Positions 1-11,050 of a DNA stretch of 64,000 bases are shown one piece after another; position 1 is the first letter of the stretch; every line of letters begins with the position of its first letter. The stretch spans positions 2,050,384 through 2,114,383 of the forward strand of contig MU061989.1 in NCBI GenBank assembly GCA_013265495.1, given 5' to 3'. The position numbers and the translations under genes are program-made. Under the pieces are notes generated by a model. That model ran no database searches, was not told the DNA's origin, and saw only the letters and a list, made by a program, of their open reading frames with translations. The stretch comes from Vicugna vicugna (lineage: Eukaryota).

Positions 1-23
1 TCAGGTGTACAGCAAAGTAATTG

Positions 24-64
<41 letters not shown>

Positions 65-515
65 CACATACACACACACATATATATTCTTTCTCAGATT
101 CTTTTCCATTATAGGTTTTTATAAGATATTGAATAACAGGGAACTATACTTCCCTTGCTGTTTATTTCATATATAGTAATGTGTATCTGTTAATCCCAAA
201 TTCCTAATTTATTCTTCCCCCTTCCCCCTTTGGTAACCATAAGTTTGTTTTCTATGTCTGTGAGTCTACTTCTGTTTTGTAAATTAGTTCATTTGTATCA
301 TTTTTTAAGATTCCATGTGTAAGTGATATCACATGATATTTGTCTTTCTCTGTCTGACTTCACTTAATATGACAGCCCCTAGGTCCATCTGTGTTGCTGC
401 AAATGGCATTATTTCATTCTTTTTTATGTCTGAGTAATATTCCCTTGTGTGTAATATAAATATATATATCACATTTTCTTTATCCATTAATCTGTCAATG
501 GACATTTAAGTTGTA
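1..515 (-). mobile_element. L1 3' end (cetartiodactyl type) with (TA)n/(CA)n
   Basis: Typical antisense L1 3'UTR text (ggtaaccataagtttgttttctatgtctgtgagtct, gttgctgcaaatggcattatttcattc). Confidence 0.85.
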
Positions 516-529
516 AAGAAGGTTGGTTT

Positions 530-1390
530 AAACATAAATCAGATAATATCACACTTGTGCTGAAGATTCAAACTCCTTATATGACCAATAAGGCCCACAT
601 AAACAGGACTCCTCCTACTTCTCCAAGCTTATTTCCTTCATATTGTCCCCTCATGCACTATATACCCCGCTATACTGGCCTCTTTTTCATCCTGTGAACA
701 TGCCACCTTCGTTTCCACCTCAGCACCTTTGCAGTTGCTGCACCCTTTCCCTGGAATGCATTTCTGTTAGATCTTCATTAGTCTGGCTCTTTCTTATTGT
801 TCAAGTCTCAACTCAAGCATCGTCTCTTCAGAGGGGCCTTTCTTGACCATCCTAGTTACAGTAATTCTCACCCAGTCACTACACAGTCCATTACTCTGCT
901 TATTTTTTTAAATTGAAGTGTAGTCAGTTACAGTGTGTCAATTTCTGGTATACACCATGTTTCAGTCATATATATACATACATATATTCATTTTCATGTT
1001 CTCTTTCATTTTAGGTTACTACAAGATGTTGAATATATTTTTCTGACTATAAAGAAGAAATTTGTTTTTTAAATCAATTTTATATACGTAGTTAATATTT
1101 GCAAATCTTGAACTCCCAATTAATCCTTCCCACCCACTTTCCCCCAGTAACCATAAGTTTGTTTACTATGTCTGTGTCTGCTTATTTTCTTCATAGAACT
1201 TACAATGAACTGAAAGTATCCTTAGTTATTGATGTGTTTATGTGTTTCTTGTCTTTCCCTCCCCTTGAAATGTAATCTCCACAAGAGGAGGACATTTATT
1301 TGGTTCATCATTGTATTTCCAGTGTTTAGCAAAAGGCGTAGCACACAGTAGGCTTTCCACATATATTAGTTGAATGAATGGATTGATGGT
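530..1390 (+). mobile_element. L2 3' fragment interrupted by an L1 insertion
   Basis: L2-like ctcttcagaggggcctt...gcacacagtagg...gttgaatgaatgg tail. Confidence 0.7.
907..1176 (-). mobile_element. 5'-truncated L1 3' fragment with perfect 12-bp TSD
   Basis: TCTGCTTATTTT at 895-906 and 1177-1188; L1 3'UTR text inside. Confidence 0.85.
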
Positions 1391-1828
1391 GCACACATTT
1401 TAAGGAAAAGATTTCTAAGTAACCTCCCTTTTCACTCTCTCAGAGTGGATGGTATTATTCTTATATCTAGATTTCAGAAGAAAAATATGTTGGGTCCCAG
1501 GGGTTCTGTTCTGTTCTGTTCTAACCAGGTACCGCACTGACAGTTCTAAATATGAGAAACCCCACTTACCTGGGCATTCCCTGAAGTGCGGGTCCCTTGG
1601 GACATACCTGGACTGGAGTGAGGAAGCGGATGTAGACGGGAGGTAAATGTTGCATGGTTTCCAAACCAATCTTCTCTTCACACATACATTTTTAATGCTG
1701 TCAGAATTTAATTTGTTATACAAAGTTGGAAGCAGTAGCGTTGTGTGTAAATAGCAAACCGTGGGAAGATTACTTTTCGCAAATACGTTTTGCCAACCAG
1801 TCTATTTCCATACCCATTTAATGCATGA

Positions 1829-1849
1829 TCCGCTGTCCCTGGTGCTGAA
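1829..1849 (-). promoter_or_regulatory. RE1/NRSE (REST) site
   Basis: Minus strand TTCAGCACCAGGGACAGCGGA, 18/21. Confidence 0.8.
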
Positions 1850-1888
1850 ACAATAGAATTAGCTGGGAGCCTAGGCTTTACGCGGGGC

Positions 1889-1909
1889 ACCTCTGTCCAG
1901 GGTGTTGAA
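1889..1909 (-). promoter_or_regulatory. Second, weaker RE1-like site
   Basis: Minus strand TTCAACACCCTGGACAGAGGT, 15/21. Confidence 0.55.
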
Positions 1910-2471
1910 ATAGCCTCCAGGAGCTGCCCGGTGGCGGGCAGTCACCGCGCCCTGCCACAGCTGGGTCACACTGCAGTGATAGCTTCTGGAAACCTCACTG
2001 CTGGGCTCTAATTCAACTTTCAGTTAGTCTCTTGGAGTTCACCCTGAAGCTGCTGAAACAGCCATCCTGTTCTGCTCTAGCAAGAGTGGCAGGGCTGTGG
2101 ATGATGAGATTTTTGGCAGCTCAAAGGTCATGCCCAGCCTCAGACGTTGTGAACCACATCAATAATTCCATGAGGAAGGACAGAGGTGCCACAGATCACA
2201 GATCACAGTCACCAAGACACTAGTCTGTCCAGCCTTAGACTGCATGGTCTGTAGTAGTGCCTCTACCTGAAAATCCCAAACCTCAGTGTCCTCACTTGCA
2301 CTACGGGTACTTTCCATTTCCCTCAGGATGGAAAATAAAGCAAAGCTCTGTGAATATCATGGCCCTAGAGAAGTGAGTGACACATGATGATTTAAATTTT
2401 AGAGTGATGGAGTGCCCATTTAAAGAGATTTGTTAAAATTTTGAGGTATAACTTGTATAAAGTACACAAAC

Positions 2472-2493
2472 GTGTGTGTGTGTGTGTGTGTGT
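2472..2493. repeat. (GT)n microsatellite
   Basis: About 11 GT units. Confidence 0.9.
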
Positions 2494-2847
2494 GACCACC
2501 ATCCAGATAAAAATACATAACATTTTCGGCACCACCTCCTTGTGCCACATCCCACCAAGGGTAACCACTTTTATGACATCTGGACATATAGACCAGTTTT
2601 TCTTGTTCTTGAATTTCATATAAATAGGATAATTTAGTAGGCACTCTTCTCTGTCTAGCTTCTTTTATTCAGTGTTATGTCTTGAGATTCATCCATGTTG
2701 TTGCATGTCAGTAGTTCCTTCTTTATTATTTACATATAGTATTCTTTACTGTGAATAAAGCACCACTTATTGATCCATTCTATTGTTGACAGACATTTGG
2801 ATTGTTTCCAGCTTGAGGATGTTATAAATAAAGCCATGAACATTCTT

Positions 2848-3530
2848 TTTTTTTAACATTTTTTATTGAGTAATAGTCATTTTACAATGTTGTGTCAAAT
2901 TCTAGTGTAGAGCACAATTTTCCAGTTATATATGAACATATATATATTCATTGTCACTTTTTTTTTGCTATGAGCTACCACAAGATCTTGTTTATATTTC
3001 CCTGTGCTATAGAGTATAATCTTGTTTATCTATTCTGCATTTTAAAATCCTAGTCTGTCCCTTCCCACCCCCTGCCCCCTTGGCAACCACAAGTCTGTAC
3101 TCTATGTCTATGAGTCTGTGTCTGTTTTGTATTTATGTTTTGTTTTGTTTTGTTTTTAGATTCCTCATATGAGTGATCTCATATGGTATCTTTCTTTCTC
3201 TTTCTGGCTTACTTCACCTAGAATGACANNNNNNNNNNNNNNNNNNNNNNNNNNNNNNNNNNNNNNNNNNNNNNNNNNNNNNNNNNNNNNNNNNNNNNNN
3301 NNNNNNNNNNNNNNNNNNNNNNNNNNNNNNNNNNNNNNNNNNNNNNNNNNNNNNNNNNNNNNNNNNNNNNNNNNNNNNNNNNNNNNNNCTATGAACATTG
3401 AAGTGTAGGCATCATTTTGAAGTAGGGTTCTCTCTGAATTTATGCCCAGGAGCGGGATTCCTGGGTTATATGGTAAGTCTATTCCTAGTCTTTTGAGGAA
3501 TCTCCATAGTGTTTTCCACAATGGCTTTCC
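2848..3530 (-). mobile_element. Younger L1 3' end with 19-bp TSD (contains gap 3229-3388)
   Basis: TAAAGCC(A/G)TGAACATTCTT at 2829-2847 and 3531-3549; poly-T start; ORF2 C-terminal-like KPLWKTLWRFLKRLGIDLPYNPGIPLLG. Confidence 0.85.
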
Positions 3531-4092
3531 TAAAGCCGTGAACATTCTTGTACATGTCTTTTGAGGACAAAGCACTCATTTATGTTAGGTATGTACCCAG
3601 GAGTGGAATTGCTGGCCATAGTGTATACACATGTTTCCAAAGTGATTGTATCAATTTACAGTCATTCTTTGAAAAAAAAATGAATCCTTCCTTTCTGATT
3701 TGCCTTTTCTGCATTCTCTGGATCAATGGAGATGATGTCCTGGGGAAGGTCTGTTTAAATAATGTGGCGTNNNNNNNNNNNNNNNNNNNNNNNNNNNNNN
3801 NNNNNNNNNNNNNNNNNNNNNNNNNNNNNNNNNNNNNNNNNNNNNNNNNNNNNNNNNNNNNNNNNNNNNNNNNNNNNNNNNNNNNNNNNNNNNNNNNNNN
3901 NNNNNNNNNNNNNNNNNNNNNNNNNGCTGGNNNNNNNNNNNNNNNNNNNNNNNNNNNNNNNNNNNNNNNNNNNNNNNNNNNNNNNNNNNNNNNNNNNNNN
4001 NNNNNNNNNNNNNNNNNNNNNNNNNNNNNNNNNNNNNNNNNNNNNNNNNNNNNNNNNNNNNNNNNNNNNNNNNNNNNNNNNNNNNNNNNNNN

Positions 4093-4710
4093 GTTGAAAA
4101 GACACATGCACCCCAATGTTCACATCAGCACTATATACAATAGCCAAGACGTGGAAGCAATCTAAATGTCCATTGACAGATGACTAGATAAAGAAGTTGT
4201 GGTATATTTATACAATGGAATACTACTCTGCCATAAAAAAGAATAAAATAAGGCCACTTATAGCAACATGACTGGACCTAGAGATCATCATTCTAAGTGA
4301 ATTAAGCCAGAAAGAGAAAGAAAAATACCATATGATATCACTCATATGTGATATCTAAAAAAATGGGACACATGAACTCATCTACAAAACAGAAACAGAC
4401 TCACAGACTTAGTAAACAGTCTTATGGTTATCAGGGAAAGGGGGTGGGGGGGATAAATTTGGGAGCTTGAGATTTACAAGTGTTAGCCACTATATATAAA
4501 AATAGATTTTAAAAAAAGTTTCTTTTGTATAGCACAGGAAACAATGTTCAATATCTTGTAATAAACTTCAATGGAAAAATATGAAAATGAATATATGTAC
4601 ATATATGCATGACTGGGATATTGTGCTGTACACCAGAGATAGTCACATTGTAATTGACTGTACTTCAGTAAAAATTTTTTTAAATAAAAAAAATTTAAAA
4701 ATAAAATGAT
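4093..4710 (+). mobile_element. L1 ORF2 end plus 3'UTR (5' part in gaps 3771-4092)
   Basis: gacacatgcaccccaatgttca...aatggaatactac...A-rich tail. Confidence 0.88.
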
Positions 4711-6399
4711 GTATCAATTTTTAAAAATGACGTGGCTTTTAGATTTTTCTGGGACATTTTACGATCAACATTGATTAGATGACTATTCCCTAATAATCTC
4801 TTCCTAGAAACCAGAGACATTCTTTTCTCAAACCTTTTTTCTGTTTGGTTACCACCATGACTGACTCCTGTAATGGAATCTGAATGAGATGATGCAGAGT
4901 TTAGAGTGAATAGCCTTCCCTCCTTCCTCCGTACCCCAGGCTACAACATGTCTCAGAGGAGAATCCAGCCAAGGAGAGCTAGGGGCATGGTATCTACTCC
5001 GGCGTCAGTGGAGGAATCCTGGGAGAGCCACACATTCAAAGGCCAGTTGAAAACCTGCAAGGAGCTTTGTGCTCCAAGAATGGGAGGGGGCAGGTTGCTG
5101 GGAAAAGAGCAAGCTCCTTCTCCTTTGCTCTTCTCCCCTCTAGCCTTCTCCCAATTTTATGAGATTTTGGAGCATTGTATCTACCACTAAAATGCAATGT
5201 TTACATAATTTAGGGTTCAAATTTGAACTGTATTATAGACAGCTCAGCAGTCTCAAGGGCACATTCTACAGATTATCCTAAACATTGATCCATTTGTTGA
5301 GACCAAGTTACCACAGTCTGCTCACCCTCTTGATTGTTCTCTCTGATGTTAGGGTTATGAGATTTCCCATTACACACTTACTCCCCTGTAAAATCTCTCT
5401 CTCCCTCACTCTCTCTCTCTCTCTCCCTCTCCTTCTCCTCCCACCTCCATTCGTCTGGCATGCTCTTTGGAGAAAAGATCTCTGGATTCAGAACAGCCAG
5501 AATGGCTGGTGAGGAATATAATGAGGTTCCAATGTTCTTTTGAGATGAGCCAAAGTTTTTCACAGCTCCTTTAGATACAGTAGAGATGGGTAACTTTTTG
5601 TGCCTCATGAAATGAGAGAAGTCAGGGATATACCAGCTGAAGCCCTTCCACCTTGACTTTCTGAGTTAGGGTTGGGGAGCTCTTGGTTGGGCTGAGGTTT
5701 AAAGGACTTGGAATAAAGAGGGAGAGTAGACACATTTGTGGTTTTACCTTGGTTTGGATTTCCTTGGCCTGGAGAGTTGGGGGTCAGGTAGGCACAGTGG
5801 GACAAGAGAGGGTTCAGTGTTCATTCTGGGCTTTGGGAATCTTGGAGGGTCACACAGATCCTTGACATGACTTCAGGGAGTCTCTGCAGTACTGAGATTG
5901 AGAGCTCTGATTGTCTCAAGGTTATTTAACTTCCCCATCAGCCATCAAGGCTACCTGCAGGTCATATAGGAAGTGATCTCCAAATCTGCCACAGCTGCAG
6001 GATTCTCCTGTGGCCCACCCCACCCCTCTGGCCTGAAGATGGTCACTGTCAGCATTTTCCTTCTCTGTAGATCAATAGGGCCCTTGAATATGACCTCAAG
6101 TTCAATTATGGTTTCAATTACGGAATAAAGGCTGTTACTGCACACCTACGTCTTATTAAAAACGCTGCACTGGGGCCTGGCAGAGACTGGACCTAGGGGA
6201 AATCATTAGCCTACTAATCTGAAATCAATTTAAAGTGAATTTGCTTAATGGTATGAGCATTGTGAATTATCTATAAATTGTTAAGTTAGTAGAATGTCAC
6301 AGATTTTCATTTTGTAAATTGCACTTTGGGATTGGCAAATGTGGGTATCCTTCCTCTCCCCTCCACCCTTGCTTTCTCTCTTTTTCTAAAACAAACCTT

Positions 6400-6782
6400 G
6401 ATAATCCTGTCTTCTGGGATCTGACGCATAGCAGGAGGGCTGAACACAGTTCAAGTCGTAACAGAAGGCCTTGTGTATGGCTGCCACTCATTCTCCAGGA
6501 ACCCTGACACTGCGTTGTGAACAAGCCTGGTGAGTGACACATGGCCCTGTGACCCTGTTTCCCCAGCCTGACAGCCAGCCAAGCCCCCAAAGCAAAACTA
6601 GTCAGCTAACCTGCAGCTGACTGCACGCAAACATGGGAGTCCCTTAGGATCAGAAGAACCACCCAGATGACCCCGGCTTAATTTAATTAGCTCACAGAAT
6701 CATGAGCTAAATAAATGGTTGTTGTTTTAAGCCACTAGATTTTGAAGTGCTTTGATAGGCAGCAACAAGTAACTGGTATACT
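6400..6782 (+). mobile_element. MaLR LTR (MLT1-type) fragment
   Basis: 3' end aaataaatggttgttgttttaagccactagattttg...gtaactggtata. Confidence 0.7.
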
Positions 6783-7014
6783 GAGGCTCAGAGAGATCTG
6801 ACTTGCACAAGTTTGCACAGCTGTCTATAGGTGGCACCCAGGCAGCCTGATGGTCTGATTACCACACCACCCAGAAAGGACATGTCCCAAGGTGTCAGAT
6901 TCATCAAAGTCTCCCTGAAACAAGGGCCCCAAAGTCTCTGAGTGGGAACTCTGGAATTCAGTGACCCAGGGGACAAGATGGGTGGAATCTTCCCTCAACT
7001 TCACCATTTGCTTT

Positions 7015-7160
7015 GAGACCCTGGGAGAAGTCACTTCACCTTGCTGAGCCTCAGTTTTCTCCTCTGTAAAATGGGGTGGTAATAAGCCTGCCTTGCAAAG
7101 TTGTGAGGAACTTGTGAGAATCTGAATGTGACAGCCTTTTATGAATTGCATAGGGCTGTA
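7015..7160 (+). mobile_element. MIR
   Basis: Core gagcctcagttttctcctctgtaaaatgggg. Confidence 0.75.
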
Positions 7161-7892
7161 CACATTTTAGGGAGTCTCTCTTTTTATTGTAATAATGTCA
7201 TTGATGCTCTCTGTTCCCTTTGATACTACCTGCAACACCGAGGTGCTCCATGTCACTGCTCCCTGTGCAAGCAGTTGCCTGTATTAGAAATTGACCTTGA
7301 AGTCAGCCAGCCTGGGTTAGAATCACACCACTGAAAGTGGACGAGTCACTTTCTCTTCTGAGAAATGAGGATACACCTATCTTCCAAGATGGGTGGTGAG
7401 GATGAAGTGAGTTTATGGATGGAGAAAAGGCATATGGAAGAGACAGTTACATCTCAGCTTCCTTCCCTCCATCCCTCCCTTGTCTGCCCTGTTTCTGCCT
7501 GTTCTCACCAAGACAAGGCAGGCCAGTCCTGAAGATGCTCTGGCAGGCAGAGTAGAGTGACTGTGTGGGGACAGCCCAGTCAGAAGCCCTATCCTCTCTC
7601 CTGGCAAGTCAGGTAAGTACAAGGAGCATCTCCATCAGGTAGATACACTTGTGCAGAACAAAGGCTTCATTGATCCTCTGACAATTGGTGCCCTTCAGCT
7701 CGAGTCCCTTGGAGAAGAGGCAGGGGGGGATGCCAAAGGCAAGGAGGGGATGCAAGTTGCTGGAGGGTAAAAGAAACCTGCTAATTCCTCCCTGTGCAGT
7801 GAAGCAAGGCAAAGTCTTCACTCTGCCCCAGTTCTGATGAAATCATTCCCAATTTACAGGCAGGCAAATCGAGGCTTGAAGGAGTAGGAAAT

Positions 7893-8365
7893 TCATTCAA
7901 TCAATTAACATTGACAATGAACATACATGCCAGGAACTGGGGATACTCAGGCTTTGCCTTCATGGACGTGCCCTGGTGGGGAGAGAGACAAGCAGGAGAC
8001 CATTAAAAATACATGGCACAGGAAGTACAGAGGGCTGTGAGGTTACATCTCAGGATAACTGACCCAGACTTGAGGCACCTGTCAAGGCTTCCTAGAGAAT
8101 GCTGAGGCCAGAAGGATTAGGAGGAGCTACGAAGGTGCAGTAGGGAGAGGAGAGTCCAGGACAGGAGAACAGCCTGTGCAAAGGCCAGGAGGTGAGGCAC
8201 AGCACCTCACTATCAGGAATTTTAGGAAGTTTGGTTTGGCTGAGGCCCCAAGTGCAAAGTGAAGGCAGTGGCTTGAGATAAAACAGGAAAACGGTCAGTG
8301 AGATCCTAAAGGATTTAAAGGCTGTATGAAGAATCTTCAACTTTGTTTTGGAAGTAATGAACAAT
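7893..8365 (-). mobile_element. L2 fragment
   Basis: attcattcaatc start; aacagcctgtgcaaaggccaggaggtg. Confidence 0.65.
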
Positions 8366-8371
8366 GCTTCT

Positions 8372-8740
8372 CCATCAGTTATTGCTGCAATAAAGCTGCA
8401 TAACGAATCTCCCCAAATTCAGCGGCTTAAAACAATCATCATTAATTGGTGTCCGCTGAGAGTCAGGTGAAATATGTTAGAACCATCCGGGCGTGGTTCC
8501 AGGCTACAGTCTGGGTCAAGTCTGCTCTGTGTGTCTCTCAACCTCCTGGAACCGGTGGGCTCCCTGGGGCGTGCTCTTCCCATGGCGAGGCAGAAGCTCA
8601 GAGGGCAAGTCCCTTTGGACAGGTATATTTCAAGCCTTTGCTTGCTTCACTCTTGCCGACATCCCAGTGGACAATGCAAGTCACGTGGCCAGACCCAACA
8701 GCAGTGGGACAAGAAAATATTCCACCCTTAGCCAGACAGA
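8372..8740 (-). mobile_element. MaLR LTR (MLT1-type)
   Basis: tcagttattgctgcaataaagctgcataac...ccccaaattcagcggcttaaaaca. Confidence 0.7.
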
Positions 8741-9479
8741 AACTAGTTGGAGAAGGAAAAGTTCCTAGTTGTTGAGGTACTTTGCTACTCCAGGCATATA
8801 AATGCTGTCCTGAGTTGGAAGAACTCCATTTTAATAACAGTGATGGTGGAAGTGATGATGGTTTAGCAGGTCTCCCTATGGCCAAGCCCTTGGCACATAT
8901 TATCTAATTTGAAACACAACAACCATGTGCAAATAGTATTATTCTATTTAATGGATGAGCAAAGAGGTCAAGATAGAGCAAATAGCTTGCCCAAATTCAC
9001 ACAGTTAATGGAGGCAGAATGAGGATGCAAACCTTGATTTCTAGAACTCCACACCAGGACAGCCACAGAGCCCAACTCTAGCCTCTTTCTATGACCCTGG
9101 GCTACCCCATTCTAAGCATTCTCTCCGCTTGCTCATGTTCAAGGGGGCAAGTGAGCGGTGTCTGGTAATGCTGCACCCCTGATCACTCCAAGGGCTTTGC
9201 TTGGTACTCTTTGACTCCAGAGCCAGCAAGGGTCCATGCCTCTGCTCAGAGGAGGTGGCAGGAAGGCTGCTGCTGGCCCCACCAGACCCTGGCAGCGCCA
9301 AGATTCAGAGCACTTCCGCTGATCTTTGCTGATGCCTGACCTGGTGGAGGCGGGACACCCCTTCCCTCCTTCCTCACTGCTCTCCCTGCCTCCCTCCACC
9401 TTCCTCAGTCCACCCTCTGCCCCACAGCCAGAGTTAGATTTCCAAAGAGCAAATGAAAACTCTCTCTCCTCTGCTTGAA

Positions 9480-10170
9480 AAAAAAATCCAGATAATACAT
9501 TTCTATAGTCAAAAAAATCCAAAAGCGTGAAAAGATTTGTAATAAAAGTCTTCATCCTGGGACTGTCTACCCTCTGCCTAGTACCCCGCTCCTGCACAGG
9601 TGACCACGTCTTAGTTTTTCTTGTTTCCTTCAGTCTCTTTATGCATACACAAGCAAGATGAATATATAGTCTCTCTCCCACCCATTTTCCAACATATTTT
9701 ACACACATTTTCGCTACTTGCCCCTCATTTAAGGTAGTTGGATGTTTTCTCACTTTTTTCACTTACCGGCACTCGGAAATCTTCCTCATTCTTTCTTTAC
9801 AGCCACAGGGTATCCTATTGTCTGAAAGGACTGACTGTAACTTATTTCACTGTGGTCCCTCTGCTGATGGGCATCTAGGAACTCCCAGTCCTTCACCACA
9901 CCAGACAAGGCTTCAGTGAATAACTCCTCTGCGCAGCCAGGGTAAGTTTATCTGCAGGATAAATCAGCAGAAGTGGGGTTGCTGAATCAAAAAGTTCGTG
10001 CAATTGTGATTTTGGTAGTTACTGATAGTTACGATGGTGGAATCAGTTTACACTCCCACCAGCAATGCACAAGACAGCCTCTTTCCCCAGAGCCTTGTCA
10101 ACAGTGTATTATCACACGTTTAGATTTTTACCTATTGGACCGGCATCGAATGGTCTCTTGCTTTAAAAAT
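9480..10170 (-). mobile_element. Old L1 (L1ME-like) 3' fragment
   Basis: gatgggcatctagg, tttacactcccaccagcaatgcac. Confidence 0.65.
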
Positions 10171-10659
10171 CCCTTCATTGTATCCCCATCCCCCTTGCAT
10201 AGAGTCCAGATTCCTTGGGAAGTCATGGGGGCGAGTGGGCACAGCCCTGTCCTTTCCCGAGGGCTCTGTGTCAGCCAAGGAGGTGGATGTGGACAAGTTC
10301 ACCATAGAACAGGACTCGGTGTTCCAGCAAAGAGCCATGAGAGGGAAGAGGGAGCCTTCGTGGAAGAGGTGGCATCTGAGCTGAGCCTACAGGGACAGGT
10401 CAGAGTTTGACAGGTGTTAATGAGGGAAGAGAGAAGGGGGTGTATGGGTATAGACCAGAAGGAAGATGGGGAATGTCTGGGGAAGGTGAAGAGCCCAGGA
10501 TGGCTGGAGGACCTAGAAGGAGACGAGCCAAGAGAGGGTTGGGGCCAGGTCACAATGGACCTTGAAAGTCATGTGAGAATTGGGATTTAACCTGTAAGTG
10601 ATAGGAGCACAGTGAAGCCTTTTGAAACGGTGTGTTAAGTGGGTGGGTGGAGGGCCTAT

Positions 10660-11050
10660 TAGGACTTTTGATTAAGAGTGAAAGAGCATCTTACTCAAAG
10701 TGGCATCAGGAAAAGGGGAATTTATTGGCTTGTTTATGAAAAGAAACTAGTGGTATGTTAGATTCAGGCATGGCTGGATCCAGAGGCTTAAGTGATGTCA
10801 TCAGAGATCTGTCTTTCATTCTTGGCTCTGTTTTCCTCCATGTTGCCTCATTTCCAGGCAGGCTCCAGTCTTTCCTCCCAAGGCCTAGAAATATCCATCA
10901 AAAGAGAATGCATCTTTCCCAATAATTCTGGCAAGTCCCCAAGAAGACACTCATTGGACTGATTTATGTCAGATGCTCATTCCTGAACCAACCACTATGG
11001 TTAGGAAGATGGAATGCACTGATTGGCCAGGCCTGGGTCATGTGCCTACT
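10660..11050 (-). mobile_element. MaLR LTR (MLT1-type)
   Basis: ggaatttattggc...ttcaggcatggctggatccagagg...gattggccaggcctgggtcatgtgcc. Confidence 0.65.

Larger units (their letters stand above)
2400..3660 (-). mobile_element. Old L1M 3' fragment split by a younger L1
   Basis: cattcatccatgttgttgcatg...gacatttggattgtttccag; resumes after 3531. Confidence 0.7.
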
